Virus record (IMG/VR): IMGVR_UViG_2576861548_000003 | Coordinates: 32,001-96,000 of that record | Source: a virus | Lineage: Duplodnaviria; Caudoviricetes | DNA: 64,000 bases | Direction: 5' to 3' (one strand) | Shown: piece by piece, positions 10,105 to 21,020 of the stretch | How positions within the stretch are numbered: position 1 is the stretch's first letter | Layout of the letters: each line of letters starts with the position of its first letter | Notes under the pieces: model-generated | The model's input: only the letters and a program-made list of their open reading frames with translations | The model's database searches: none | What the model was told of the DNA's origin: nothing | Translations under genes and position numbers: made by a program

Positions 10105-10208
10105 TTACAATAATCCAATGGGCAGGGGCCTCACCTCTTGGTGGAAAATAACAATTCAAACGGTGTCGGTAGGGCTTATCCGAAGACTCTTATTAGAAAC
10201 AAAGGCTT

Positions 10209-11195
10209 ATGAAACGATTTGGAAATTTATACTATCGTATTTGTGACATTGATAACCTTTACCTTGCATATACCAAAGCAAGAAAAGGCAAGGGAAATAC
10301 TTATGGGGTCATTCAATTTGAGAAAGAATTGGATGACAACATAAATACCCTTCATAAGGAACTGTCAGAAGGTAAATACGTTACTTCTGAATATCAAACT
10401 TTTATCATACATGATCCTAAGGAACGTGAAATATACCGGCTCCCTTTCCGTGATCGTGTTGTTCATCATGCGATAATGAATATCCTCGAAGATATATGGA
10501 CTCCGATATTCATTTCACATACTTATTCATGTATTAAGGGCAGAGGTATCCATGGAGTAATGAAACATCTAAAGAAAGATTTGAAAGATATCCAAAATAC
10601 AAAATATTGCCTGAAAATGGATATTCGTAAATACTATCCGTCAATAGATCATTTGATACTTAAGAATATTGTCCGAAAGAAGGTTAAGGACAAACGTCTT
10701 CTTGAGTTACTCGACGGTATTATTGATTCTGCTCCGGGAATACCTATCGGTAATTATCTTTCTCAGTTCTTTGCAAACTTGTATCTATCTTACTTTGACC
10801 ACTGGCTTAAAGAGGAAAGACGTATAAAGTATTATTATAGATATGCTGATGATATGGTAATACTTTCATCAAACAAAGAAGAGCTTCACTCTCTGCTTGG
10901 AGATATAAAATCATATCTGCATAATAAGCTTCATTTAAATTTAAAAGACAATTATCAAATATTCCCGGTTGATAATAGAGGAATTGACTTTGTTGGCTAT
11001 GTTTTCTTTCACACTCATATTTTAATGCGGAAAAGTATCAAGAAAAACTTCTGTAGAAAAGTAGCAGTGTTGAACAAAAAGAAAACTACATCCTGCAACT
11101 GCAAGATAGCACTTTGTTCATGGATGGGATGGGCAAAACATTGTAATTCAAAGCACTTAATTAAAACTGTAATCAAAAATGAAAAGGTTTTCTGA
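10209..11195 (+). CDS. DGR reverse transcriptase
   Basis: LPFRDRVVHHA, GIPIGNYLSQFFANLYL (DGR-type SQ motif), YYRYADD; 328 aa with no maturase/endonuclease extension. Confidence 0.95.
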   Translation: MKRFGNLYYRICDIDNLYLAYTKARKGKGNTYGVIQFEKELDDNINTLHKELSEGKYVTSEYQTFIIHDPKEREIYRLPFRDRVVHHAIMNILEDIWTPIFISHTYSCIKGRGIHGVMKHLKKDLKDIQNTKYCLKMDIRKYYPSIDHLILKNIVRKKVKDKRLLELLDGIIDSAPGIPIGNYLSQFFANLYLSYFDHWLKEERRIKYYYRYADDMVILSSNKEELHSLLGDIKSYLHNKLHLNLKDNYQIFPVDNRGIDFVGYVFFHTHILMRKSIKKNFCRKVAVLNKKKTTSCNCKIALCSWMGWAKHCNSKHLIKTVIKNEKVF

Positions 11196-11496
11196 TTTTG
11201 GAATTGATATTGACGCGGGACGTAATATTTTCCCTGTACAGCAAATATCAATAACCGATATACTCAACTGTGAGATAGAGGTACTTGACTATGAATCTGG
11301 AGTTAAAACTCAACATGGAGATAATCGTTGCGTAGTCAAGATTAGGCATGAAGGAGCTGAATATAAATTCTTTACTAACTCTTCTCCGATAAAAGAGGCA
11401 CTTAGTAAAATTTCCAAAGAAGATTTTCCATTTATAGCTACAGTACGTATCAAGAAAATAGGTACTGGTAATAATAAAATGTATTATTTCACTTAA
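11179..11496 (+). CDS. Hypothetical beta-rich protein coupled to DGR RT
   Basis: 105 aa overlapping RT stop; alternating hydrophobic strand pattern. Confidence 0.7.
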   Translation: MKRFSDFGIDIDAGRNIFPVQQISITDILNCEIEVLDYESGVKTQHGDNRCVVKIRHEGAEYKFFTNSSPIKEALSKISKEDFPFIATVRIKKIGTGNNKMYYFT

Positions 11497-11502
11497 AAGA
11501 TA

Positions 11503-11994
11503 TTGTATATGAAAATTACAATCAATAAACCAACTGAATTTGAGGCTGTCTACCTGAAAGTAGATGCAGGTGTTCGCTATTGGGAGGATGCAATAGTAAA
11601 CGGAATAAGAGACATTGATTTATACGAGAGTAATGGTATAGGCAGCCCTCTTATTCCTTGCGCTGTACAAATAAAAGAAGAACCTGACTATAATATATAT
11701 TCAGACCATTATCGTTGGAGACCTATTATAACGATTGAAACTGGTCGAATAGTCAACTGGATGCAGGGAACAACTGCTAATGTTCACTACAAAGTGTGTG
11801 ATGATTTTATATGTGATATTGTTGATGAAGATGATAGTGCTATTGTTTCTTATGACGGCTATGTACCTAAGATCATGTGTCCGGCAGATAAAGGATATGG
11901 TGACTATATCATTATGAATATTGACGAAAACGGATTTATTCAAGGATGGAATAAGGAACTAATTAAAGAACTTGTAAAACAAGAGGAGGATTAA
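11503..11994 (+). CDS. Hypothetical phage protein
   Basis: 163-aa ORF. Confidence 0.7.
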   Translation: MYMKITINKPTEFEAVYLKVDAGVRYWEDAIVNGIRDIDLYESNGIGSPLIPCAVQIKEEPDYNIYSDHYRWRPIITIETGRIVNWMQGTTANVHYKVCDDFICDIVDEDDSAIVSYDGYVPKIMCPADKGYGDYIIMNIDENGFIQGWNKELIKELVKQEED

Positions 11995-11996
11995 TT

Positions 11997-12614
11997 ATGG
12001 CAATGCATACATGGTTTGAGTGCAAGATCCGTTACGAAAAGGTGATGGATAACGGAATGCAGAAGAAAGTGACGGAACCTTATTTGGTAGATGCACTTAG
12101 TTTTACAGAAGCAGAAGCACGTATTATCGAGGAGATGACTCCATTTATAACAGGAGAATTTACCGTTTCCGACATCAAACGAGCTAACTATAGTGAACTT
12201 TTCCCCAGTGACGAGGAAAGTGCTGACCGCTGGTTTAAGTGCAAACTGATCTTTATCACCCTTGACGAGAAAAGCGGTGCCGAGAAAAAGACTTCTACCC
12301 AAGTGATGGTTCAGGCTGCCGACTTGCGCGACGCAGTGAAGAAACTGGACGAGGGCATGAAAGGAACAATGGCTGATTATCAGATCGGTATGGTATCTGA
12401 AACTTCTATTGTAGACGTATTCCCTTATGAAACTAAAGAAGGAAGTAATACTACAGAAGATAAAGAGGTAGTTCGCTTTATTGATAAGTTCCCTGAAGGG
12501 CAATGTACCGAAACTACAGTAGGTGGAAAACCGGTTATCGTTGATAAGACTGGAGGTAAAACAAAAGTAATCCCTAACAATAAATCAGATACTAATGAAG
12601 GAGATCAACAGTGA
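11997..12614 (+). CDS. DUF4494-like protein
   Basis: WFECKIRYEK..YLVDALSFTEAEARIIEEM. Confidence 0.8.
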   Translation: MAMHTWFECKIRYEKVMDNGMQKKVTEPYLVDALSFTEAEARIIEEMTPFITGEFTVSDIKRANYSELFPSDEESADRWFKCKLIFITLDEKSGAEKKTSTQVMVQAADLRDAVKKLDEGMKGTMADYQIGMVSETSIVDVFPYETKEGSNTTEDKEVVRFIDKFPEGQCTETTVGGKPVIVDKTGGKTKVIPNNKSDTNEGDQQ

Positions 12615-12745
12615 AGAATATTTGCCAGATTGGGCGATAATTGAAGACTAGTTTAAAAACGAGGAACGATGAGTGTTATTTGTTCCTCTCTATGTGATAA
12701 GCTATCTACTACGAATTTACTATAAAGAATAAATAAGTTATAATT

Positions 12746-13546
12746 ATGGCAGAATTTTATAATATGGGAGAACTTATTCCTATCAGAGAAAATAACGGTC
12801 AAAGAGCCGTTAACGCACGTGATTTACATGCTTTCCTAGAAAGTAAGCAACAATTTGCTGACTGGATCAAGAATCGTATTGACAAGTATGATTTCATTGA
12901 AAATCAGGATTATGTAGTTTTTCATAATTCTATGAATAACCCATCTGGCGGTCGCCCCCAAAAAGAATACGCCTTATCCATAAACATGGCGAAAGAACTT
13001 TCCATGATTGAGAATAACGTACGTGGGAAGCAAGCAAGAAAGTATTTCATCAATTGTGAAGAATTTGCCACTCAAAAAATTGTAGAAGAAAAGAAAAGTA
13101 CTAAACGTGAACCATCACTAACAACTAAAGTCCGTGTTGGTCTTGAATGGGTAAAAGGCGTAAGTGAAGTGCTTAATCTAAATGATTCTTCTAAATTATC
13201 TTTAATTAGTAAAGTAGCTGCACCTCTTGGACTTCCGACACCTGATTATACTCCGTCACATGGGATACTTAAATCCGCTACTGAATTGCTCAAAGAAGCG
13301 GGTTTGTCTATCAGCGCACAGGCGTTTAATCAAAGAGCGATTCGGAAAGGTATCTTATGTGATATTAAAAGGAAATCATCAAAAGGTAAAGATAAGCATT
13401 TCAAATCAATAACCGAATCCGGGCTTCTATATGGTGAGAACCAAGTCAACCCTAATAATCCTAAAGAAACGCAGCCGCTTTGGTATAAAGATAAATTCAA
13501 TGAATTATTGATGTTACTTGATTTTAAACTTGTTGAAGCGTTATGA
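12746..13546 (+). CDS. AntA/AntB antirepressor
   Basis: VNARDLHAFLESKQQFADWIKNRI..MAKELSMIENN..ARKYFI. Confidence 0.9.
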   Translation: MAEFYNMGELIPIRENNGQRAVNARDLHAFLESKQQFADWIKNRIDKYDFIENQDYVVFHNSMNNPSGGRPQKEYALSINMAKELSMIENNVRGKQARKYFINCEEFATQKIVEEKKSTKREPSLTTKVRVGLEWVKGVSEVLNLNDSSKLSLISKVAAPLGLPTPDYTPSHGILKSATELLKEAGLSISAQAFNQRAIRKGILCDIKRKSSKGKDKHFKSITESGLLYGENQVNPNNPKETQPLWYKDKFNELLMLLDFKLVEAL

Positions 13547-13950
13547 CATACGAAGAAATGAAATCTAAATATTGTGGAACCAATATTCGCAGGAAGCCAA
13601 AAAGTGAAGAACATAAGATACAGGCGTCTTGTATCCGTTGGTTCCGTCTCCAATACCCCCAACTAAGGAATATACTGTTTGCCGTTCCTAACGCAGCAAG
13701 AAGAAGTGCTAGAAACGGGGCATACATGAAAGAAGAAGGGATGCTTTCGGGAGTTGCAGATCTGATACTTCTTAAAAGTAATCGTTTCTACGGTGCTTTG
13801 TGTATAGAAATGAAAAAGCCTGGTAAATACCAAAGGGTAGTACAAAAAGAATGGCAAAAGGAATGTGAAGCGGCTGGAAATAAATATGTCGTTGTCCGTT
13901 CCCTTGACGAATTTATCAAAGTGGTAACCGATTATTTGAATAACATGTAG
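13543..13950 (+). CDS. VRR-NUC nuclease
   Basis: EHKIQ..FAVPN..GVADL..IEMKK..Q. Confidence 0.88.
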   Translation: MTYEEMKSKYCGTNIRRKPKSEEHKIQASCIRWFRLQYPQLRNILFAVPNAARRSARNGAYMKEEGMLSGVADLILLKSNRFYGALCIEMKKPGKYQRVVQKEWQKECEAAGNKYVVVRSLDEFIKVVTDYLNNM

Positions 13951-13952
13951 TT

Positions 13953-14366
13953 ATGGCTGTTTCGCAAATTATAAAAGATATTCGTTGCCTAAAGAAACTG
14001 ATAAAAAATGCTACTGGATTGAAAGTCTATGAGCAAGAAGCTATTTATCATCATGATTCCTATTGGAGCATTTCTAATGAATATAAAGACAAAAACAGTC
14101 CTCATATCACAGTTACTAGAGGTAGCTATTGGACCTTGGATGATGGGGCAGAATACAAAATATCTATTTATGCTTCCTCTTTATCGATTGGCATACGTAG
14201 AAATTTCAACGCTCCATTATTTCAATCTTATATTGACAGAATAGTTCAGGCATTAGATAGCTGTTTTGGAGAAAAGCAGTGGAATTACTGTAATGAAGAA
14301 TGCATTACTTGGCGTCCAATGTCTCGATTTAGTTTTTATGTGCAGATTCCAAATTTTAAAGATTGA
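13953..14366 (+). CDS. Hypothetical protein
   Basis: 137-aa ORF. Confidence 0.6.
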   Translation: MAVSQIIKDIRCLKKLIKNATGLKVYEQEAIYHHDSYWSISNEYKDKNSPHITVTRGSYWTLDDGAEYKISIYASSLSIGIRRNFNAPLFQSYIDRIVQALDSCFGEKQWNYCNEECITWRPMSRFSFYVQIPNFKD

Positions 14367-14645
14367 GACTTATGAAACCGAATGAATTAGAAGAATGGCA
14401 TAAGCTATCAAAGAGCCTTCTTGCATTTACTAATGATTGCAGTGAGGACATAAAGCCTTATATTCTTGGACAGCTGGAAGCTTTATGCGAGATACTGTCT
14501 GGACAAATTGATTTTGAGAAATAAAACTTGTGTCGATTGGTTCAACTCCTATTATCGGCAAATCGTTCTTTGACATTTTGTTTTCAGCTTTTAATCTGCC
14601 TTATTACTGCATTGGAATAAATAAAGCCAGATATAATGTCTGGCT

Positions 14646-15065
14646 TTATTTATCAATTAGTCCGAACCTTTTTAATTCGGCTTTATTGATTCGAGAGTTA
14701 CTCTTTATCTTATCACAAACAAGGCTAATATCTTCCTCATCCAATGTGCCTAAACTAGTACTTTTAAGAAGTTTGTTCTTCTTTACTATTTTAATTGAAG
14801 AGCAATCTATGTAGCTATCATATGAAAGGAAATCATAACTTTCCCCTTTTATAAGATGTTGCATTGCTCGTACATTAAGTGGCAGATTCATATTAATAAA
14901 GGAGTTAAAGATGACACCACCATAAACGTTTCCATCGTTATCAAAGCCAAGTACTACAAAAAATTTATCACGACTGGTATCTCCGGGTTTGGGTACTACT
15001 CCATTGGCTTTGTTCATCGTAACAAAAAATACATCCCCTATCTTAATTTCCGAAGGTTTCATCAA
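14646..15065 (-). CDS. Putative PemK/MazF-like toxin
   Basis: KIGDVF..DKFFVVLG..DSYIDCSSI..LGTL; overlaps Panacea gene. Confidence 0.6.
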   Translation of the reverse strand: MMKPSEIKIGDVFFVTMNKANGVVPKPGDTSRDKFFVVLGFDNDGNVYGGVIFNSFINMNLPLNVRAMQHLIKGESYDFLSYDSYIDCSSIKIVKKNKLLKSTSLGTLDEEDISLVCDKIKSNSRINKAELKRFGLIDK

Positions 15066-15591
15066 ATGCTATTGAATCATTAATATATTTTACAAGTTCA
15101 TCATTAGCTCCTCCATCAAGGGCAATATCCCCCGGATCAATAACATGATTCCCCTTTTTGTCTCTCGCTTTTTGCCAACAAGTTGTATGAGAAGTTTTTT
15201 CCAACTCCTTAAAACTCATTTTCCCGTATTTGGAAATACATAAATCTAAAGTGTCTTTATCATATTGTGAAAGATAATCCATATTCGGTTCACGTTTAGA
15301 TAATAGATAGTAATCTACAACATGAACATCATCTGTCATTTTTGAAAGAACGCTTTTTTGCCCCCGTATTGTACTATACAAAATTGTTGGTACTGGTCCA
15401 TGGGGAAGAGCACAAAACTTATCTGCTATCATCAGTTGTCCCCAGTCAACCAAGCTGCGTTGATTGGCAAAATATAATATCTTGAACAAATGATAATAGT
15501 CCATACCCCCAGTTTTATTAAGGATATAAAGTACTATTTCTATGATTTTTTGTTGTTCAAATTTTGTCATTTTTTTAGGGTTCTTGGTCAC
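15043..15591 (-). CDS. Panacea (DUF4065/SocA-like) antitoxin
   Basis: LFKILYFA..FCALPHGPVP..ELEKTSH...W. Confidence 0.85.
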   Translation of the reverse strand: MTKNPKKMTKFEQQKIIEIVLYILNKTGGMDYYHLFKILYFANQRSLVDWGQLMIADKFCALPHGPVPTILYSTIRGQKSVLSKMTDDVHVVDYYLLSKREPNMDYLSQYDKDTLDLCISKYGKMSFKELEKTSHTTCWQKARDKKGNHVIDPGDIALDGGANDELVKYINDSIAFDETFGN

Positions 15592-15765
15592 TAATTATAT
15601 AACTGCATATTCAAATATATGCATTTTAATGCAAAGAAACAAACAATAATTCAATAAGCAAACGATTAACGGCTTAATTAACACGTTAATTAACATGTTT
15701 ATAGCTAAAATATCGGTTTATTAGGGAGCTATATAAATAAAGAGATGCATTTCATCCCTTATTTG

Positions 15766-16032
15766 TTAGCCTTTCTCGATTGTTGTTTTGACTACTATCG
15801 GTTGTCCGCAGTGGGGGCAGATGTCAGACTTGGTTTGTTGGGCGACTTCTTCCGGGGACGCGAATAGCTGCCACATGGGGACGTTGAGGGCGGTGGCGAT
15901 TTTTTCAAGTGTAGCAGTTGTCAATGATTCAGCAGCAACCATTTGTCTAACAGCAGATAGGCTTACATTCATTTTATCTGCCAATTCTTGTTGTGTGTAA
16001 TGTTTCTCTTTTAAAAGTTCCTTTATTCTCAT
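15766..16032 (-). CDS. XRE HTH regulator with C-terminal CPHCG zinc ribbon
   Basis: RIKELLKEK..QQELADKM..LEKIATALNVPMWQLF. Confidence 0.88.
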   Translation of the reverse strand: MRIKELLKEKHYTQQELADKMNVSLSAVRQMVAAESLTTATLEKIATALNVPMWQLFASPEEVAQQTKSDICPHCGQPIVVKTTIEKG

Positions 16033-16203
16033 AATTATCTTTTTGATTTCAAAAATACAGATTATTTATGAAGAATACAGTATATACTATATTAATTTAT
16101 GCAAAAGAAATAGTATATTATAGTTGTTTTGTTTGGCGATATACAGTAAATACTGTATCTTTGCATCAAATAAAAGAACTAATAACAATTAACTCCTAAA
16201 TAT

Positions 16204-16515
16204 ATGAAACGCTACAATTTATCAGAGATAATGAAAAACGCTCACAGATCGTATAAGTATTCAGGCAAGCAGCAAGGTAAGACTTTCGGTGAGGTGCTTA
16301 AAGCAACTTGGAAGCTTGCAAAACTTCAAGCTATCTTCACGCAGGAAGCAGTAAAAGCACGAACTGATAAATTTTTGACAGAAAGTAACGAAGCTATAAG
16401 AAGAGCGGCTAAGTCTACTCCTAGCAAAGCATACAATGATTTATCAATTCCTTCGTCGGCATATTACAATCCGAATAGCACCGGTAGATATGGGGCCCAT
16501 TATGTAGGAGATTAA
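16204..16515 (+). CDS. Hypothetical phage protein
   Basis: 103 aa; preceded by Bacteroidetes -7 element TATCTTTG near 16156. Confidence 0.7.
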   Translation: MKRYNLSEIMKNAHRSYKYSGKQQGKTFGEVLKATWKLAKLQAIFTQEAVKARTDKFLTESNEAIRRAAKSTPSKAYNDLSIPSSAYYNPNSTGRYGAHYVGD

Positions 16516-16714
16516 CTAACACTTTAAAATATAAAACAATGAAATACGAAGTTTCTAAGAAAGGTTCAAGCGTAACATTTAAGTTCGAAACATACGAACA
16601 GGCGGCTGATTTCTGCTATATGTATGTCATGTCAATGCACGTGAAAGGTGATAGATTCCCTGAACTTTCAATTAGAGAGATAAGCGAGTAATCAGAACAT
16701 TAAAATTTAGAGCA

Positions 16715-17119
16715 ATGGACAATATTTTGAACTCAACAGTTGAAATGAGCCAAGCAGAACTTATTCTTCAGTTGGCCAAGACGAATGTGGAACAAGAGAA
16801 AAGGCTTAAAACTACAGAGCTAAGATTAAGCGCACTCGAAGAGGAAATAAAAAAGTTGTCTTCAAAGTGCATTGGTAACTATGGGTGCTCCACCATGTCA
16901 TCATATATCCAGAGGTACAAATTACCGATTTATGTGAGTGACATTTCGAAGCTTAGTAATGATGCTGCACGATTATGCAGAAAAAGGGGGTATCCGGTCA
17001 ATAAGGTAAATATTGAACGTTTCGGTGCAATCAATGTTTATCCGGACTTCATTCTTCATGAACTACTGGATGACTATATAAGGACCACACAGCGTCTTAA
17101 TGGAAGTATAATAAGATAA
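16715..17119 (+). CDS. Hypothetical protein, antirepressor C-terminal-like
   Basis: AELILQLAKTNVEQEKRL coiled coil; FGAINVYP. Confidence 0.55.
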   Translation: MDNILNSTVEMSQAELILQLAKTNVEQEKRLKTTELRLSALEEEIKKLSSKCIGNYGCSTMSSYIQRYKLPIYVSDISKLSNDAARLCRKRGYPVNKVNIERFGAINVYPDFILHELLDDYIRTTQRLNGSIIR

Positions 17120-17753
17120 TAATACAAACTATAAAGCAATGATTAAGGTAGAAATAAGCCAATACTTAGCAATGTTAAAGTCATTCACTGAATGCGCTCA
17201 ATACAGAGCGGAGTGTTACCGGTTAAAAGCTGAAAACGAAAAGCTAAGATCTGAACTGTCGGATAGTTTAAAAGATTCTCGGTCTCCCCGTAACAAAATC
17301 GAATACTTCGATTACGGTAGCCGGATAGGAACTAACTAAATATGAAAGTTGTGTTGGGGCTTCGGTCTGACACTTTAAGTTGATGCCAATCGACACAGTG
17401 ACAATCTGAAAAATGGTTGTCACTGTTTTACCGATTTTAGTGGTTCTAAGTGAATCATGTAATTTGAAATAATAACTATTATCCTTAATTATCAATATGA
17501 TATGAAGGTAAAATAGTACATAAAACAATTTTATTAACAACATAAATAATTAGTATTATGAAACAAGAATCAAGCGCAATCAATCCGTATAACGGAATGT
17601 TTGGACAGCAAGGATGGATTTGTCCGAAGTGTGGAAGGGTATATTCACCTTTTACCCAAATGTGTTTGTATTGCAAACCCAATAATACAAATACAATTTC
17701 TAATACAACCGTCAGTGAAGAAAAATTAAGAGAAAACCGTAAAACAGAGTAAT

Positions 17754-18116
17754 ATGAAACAGACATTAGAAGAAGCCGAGAAAGAATATTGCGAAAAGAA
17801 TTATCCGTATTCAGATTTGAATATAAGGTTGCTGGTGGAAAATGCGTTTGAAGCTGGTGCTGAATGGCAATCAAATCAATCACCTTGGATAAGTGTGAAA
17901 GAGAAGGCTGGTTGCGATTCATCGAATGATTGTATTGTAATGGATAGTGATGGTGAGGTATTTAGAGCATGTTTCATCAGAAACAAGTGGCTGAAATATA
18001 ATCGCGGGTATTATGTGATAGACAATGTGACTCACTGGATGCCTATCCCTTCATTCGATGAAATACTGGAAGCTAATAGGGATGTATTAGAACGGATTAA
18101 AGAGAAAGGAGATTAA
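17754..18116 (+). CDS. DUF551-like protein (copy 1)
   Basis: SPWISVKE..VTHWMPIP. Confidence 0.75.
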   Translation: MKQTLEEAEKEYCEKNYPYSDLNIRLLVENAFEAGAEWQSNQSPWISVKEKAGCDSSNDCIVMDSDGEVFRACFIRNKWLKYNRGYYVIDNVTHWMPIPSFDEILEANRDVLERIKEKGD

Positions 18117-18118
18117 AT

Positions 18119-19684
18119 ATGAAAGCAAGAGTAAAATCAACAGGGGTTCTAATAGATGTAATTCCGAAAATAAATACCAATGCGTTACATAGTGGAGATA
18201 ACCTATATGTATGTGATAATATGGTATTCAGAGAGTGTGAACTTGACTTTTTAAATATTGGAAATTCAGCTATTGATTGGGAACAGAGGCGCTACGAATT
18301 GGCGAAAGCTGCTATGCAAGGGATTTTAAGTGACAATACAGAAGTTGGTTACGCTTGTTCGGAAGCAGATTACAAGAAAGGAGAGAAACATACAATACCT
18401 ATAAGCATTGCTCGGTTTGCAATTGCTTGTGCTGATGCTTTAATTAATGAATTAATGAATAAAAATGATAGAAGTATTAAGGAATAAAACTCCTGTCGCT
18501 CGTAAAGAGCATAGATGTGAATTTTGTGGTGAGGTGATACACGTTGGAGAAAAGTATAACAGGCAGTCCAATGTTTATGATGGTCGTATTTATGATTGGG
18601 TAAGTCATTGTGTATGCTCCAAGTTAGCCTATGAACTTGACATGTTTGATGATTGTGATGAAGGTCTTGACGGTGATGGGTTTGTTGACAGATTGAATCA
18701 GTATGTTTATGACAATCATTATGATGATAAAATAGATGATATTGCGAAAGATTGGCAATTACCACGCTACGAACTTGTAAAGAAAGTATTAGATGAATTA
18801 AAAAAGGAGGAATAACCATGACCGAAGAACTTGTAACGCTTGAAATAGCAAAGCTTCTAAAAGAAAAAGGTTTTAATGAATACTGCGAGAATGTTATTGA
18901 TGATAACGGTGTATTGCGCAAAACTTTATACCGAACAAATAACTATTTGCCTAAAGTGTGTTATTCTCGACCTACCCAAACTATTGTGGCTAAATGGTTA
19001 AGAGAGACAAAGAATGTTCATATATGTATTTATAATAATGCTTGCGGCTATGGATATGAAATATCTAAAGCAGATAATGGCACACACATATCTAATGACT
19101 TAAAAGATGGTCCTAACAATGGAGGAGTTTGGGATACATATGAAGAAGCATTGGAAGCAGGTATTAAAGAGGCACTAAGTCTTTTGTCTTAATTATTATT
19201 ACGTGCTTTATTTTGATGAAGAGCTTAAAAAGTTATTTGAAAAATATCTAATTTAATTTAAATCATATATGATAAGAAAGGAGGACTAACTATGGGATTT
19301 ACAACACCCTGTTTTATACGAAAGAATAATTCGGAGCTTAGGAATAAATTAAAAGAGCTTGGTTATTATTGCAATCCGTATTTAGGTTGGAATAATCTAT
19401 ACACTTCCACATACGGACTTGCTTCTGTTTATTCAATGAGCGATGATATAAATGTTATCTCTAAAGAAATGGATATTATTGATTGCGGAACCAATGAGGA
19501 ACTTTTCCTGGCTATAGTAGCATTGAGGGACGATACAGACAAGAACCAGTGGTTTACGGATGGTTACTTATGGTTTAAATGTGGTGATGAAATGTGTGAT
19601 GAAACTATTGAATACTATCTTAATAAATACGGTAGAAAATTTCACAAGGCTACGGTAGAAGAACTTATTAATCATTTCAAATAA
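18119..19684 (+). other. Run of four small hypothetical early genes (18119, 18465, 18818, 19292)
   Basis: Co-oriented 116-130 aa ORFs. Confidence 0.6.
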
Positions 19685-19698
19685 AAGGAAGAAAATTT

Positions 19699-20451
19699 AT
19701 GCCGATAAGCGAAGTATGCAATATAGACCGAATGGATTTCTTAAAGAAATTCCCAGATAACTTCTTTGACTTGTTCATAGATGATCCACCATACGGAATT
19801 GGAGCGGATAATCCTTCGATCAAGCCCAATACTGTAAAACAAAGTAATGGTAATATACTGTATGTTAAACAATCCGTTTATCCGAAATCAGACTGGGATT
19901 CACGAGTTCCCCCTCCAGAATATTTCGATGAAGTAAAAAGGGTTAGCCGAAATCAGATAATATGGGGAGTAAACTACTTTAATTACGACTTTACTGGTGG
20001 ACGCATTGTTTGGGATAAGCTAAATGGTGATACTGACCAATACGATTGTGAAATAGCTTACTGCAGTATGAATGACAGAACCGACCTTATATATTGCATG
20101 TGGCGGGGAATGATTCAGGGAACCTATTGTGGAAAGGATTTATCTAAGGCAATTATCCAGCAAGGAAACAAAAAATTGAATGAAAAGCGGATTCATCCCT
20201 GCCAAAAGCCTGTGATTCTATATGGGTGGTTACTCAATCAATATGCCAACCCCGGTTATAAGATCGGTGATGCTCACATGGGTAGTCAAAGTAGCCGGAT
20301 TGCAGCTTACAAGCTAGGATTCGACTATTGGGGATGTGAAAAAGATAAGTTTCATTTCAAAGAAGGTAATTCTCGTTTCCGCTATGAATGCCACGGAGAA
20401 ATAAAAACAAATAAAGGGATTTTAGTGCAAACAAATCTATTTGACTTATAA
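19699..20451 (+). CDS. Orphan DNA N4-C/N6-A methyltransferase (beta-class order)
   Basis: DPPY motif IV, HPCQKP, DAHMGSQS motif-I variant. Confidence 0.9.
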   Translation: MPISEVCNIDRMDFLKKFPDNFFDLFIDDPPYGIGADNPSIKPNTVKQSNGNILYVKQSVYPKSDWDSRVPPPEYFDEVKRVSRNQIIWGVNYFNYDFTGGRIVWDKLNGDTDQYDCEIAYCSMNDRTDLIYCMWRGMIQGTYCGKDLSKAIIQQGNKKLNEKRIHPCQKPVILYGWLLNQYANPGYKIGDAHMGSQSSRIAAYKLGFDYWGCEKDKFHFKEGNSRFRYECHGEIKTNKGILVQTNLFDL

Positions 20452-21013
20452 TATTAATATAACAATGAAGAAAATTGAATTTTACCCAGGAATCAATCTT
20501 GATAAAGCATATCAAGAATTGCAGGAGAATGCACCATGTTATGGTGAATTTAACGAGAAAACGTTGTATTCTACCGATTCTCTCAATGACGTGTATGTCA
20601 AAGTGACCGGCAAGTCAAAAGTGGAGCATGATGAATATATTCGCAAAATACGCGAAGAGTACGAACGTAAAGAGGCGGAATTTAAGGCTAAGATCCCGAA
20701 ATTAACCGCAGATTACAGAAAACGTGCAAGGGGAATTATTCCGGAAGAACATTTAAAATACTGGGATAAAATAGTTCCTATCAGACTGAATGACTTATAT
20801 CATGGTATGGAACTTGACTGCTGGTTGACGTTTATTGAGATTTTGAATGATACATCAAAGGAAGTGTTGGAAAGATTTGAAAGATGTCGGTTTATCTTCT
20901 GTGAACAAGGTCACAGTGGCATGAGTTCAGGACTTGTCTTTATGGGGTTGAAGCGTTTTCATCCATTAGGGGAAGCGTTAGTATCATATATTAAAGATTC
21001 AATAAAAGCATAG
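20441..21013 (+). CDS. Hypothetical protein
   Basis: 190-aa ORF. Confidence 0.65.
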   Translation: MTYNINITMKKIEFYPGINLDKAYQELQENAPCYGEFNEKTLYSTDSLNDVYVKVTGKSKVEHDEYIRKIREEYERKEAEFKAKIPKLTADYRKRARGIIPEEHLKYWDKIVPIRLNDLYHGMELDCWLTFIEILNDTSKEVLERFERCRFIFCEQGHSGMSSGLVFMGLKRFHPLGEALVSYIKDSIKA

Positions 21014-21020
21014 TATTTGT

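Noticed and set aside
9980-10246. 88-aa ORF resembling a third DGR target
   Set aside because: It is the template repeat read in frame (NDSNYDNANANA); it lacks the paralog N-terminus and overlaps both neighbours
10209-11195. RT as group II intron, retron or Abi RT
   Set aside because: SQ motif, short length and adjacent TR/VR with adenine-specific differences indicate a DGR
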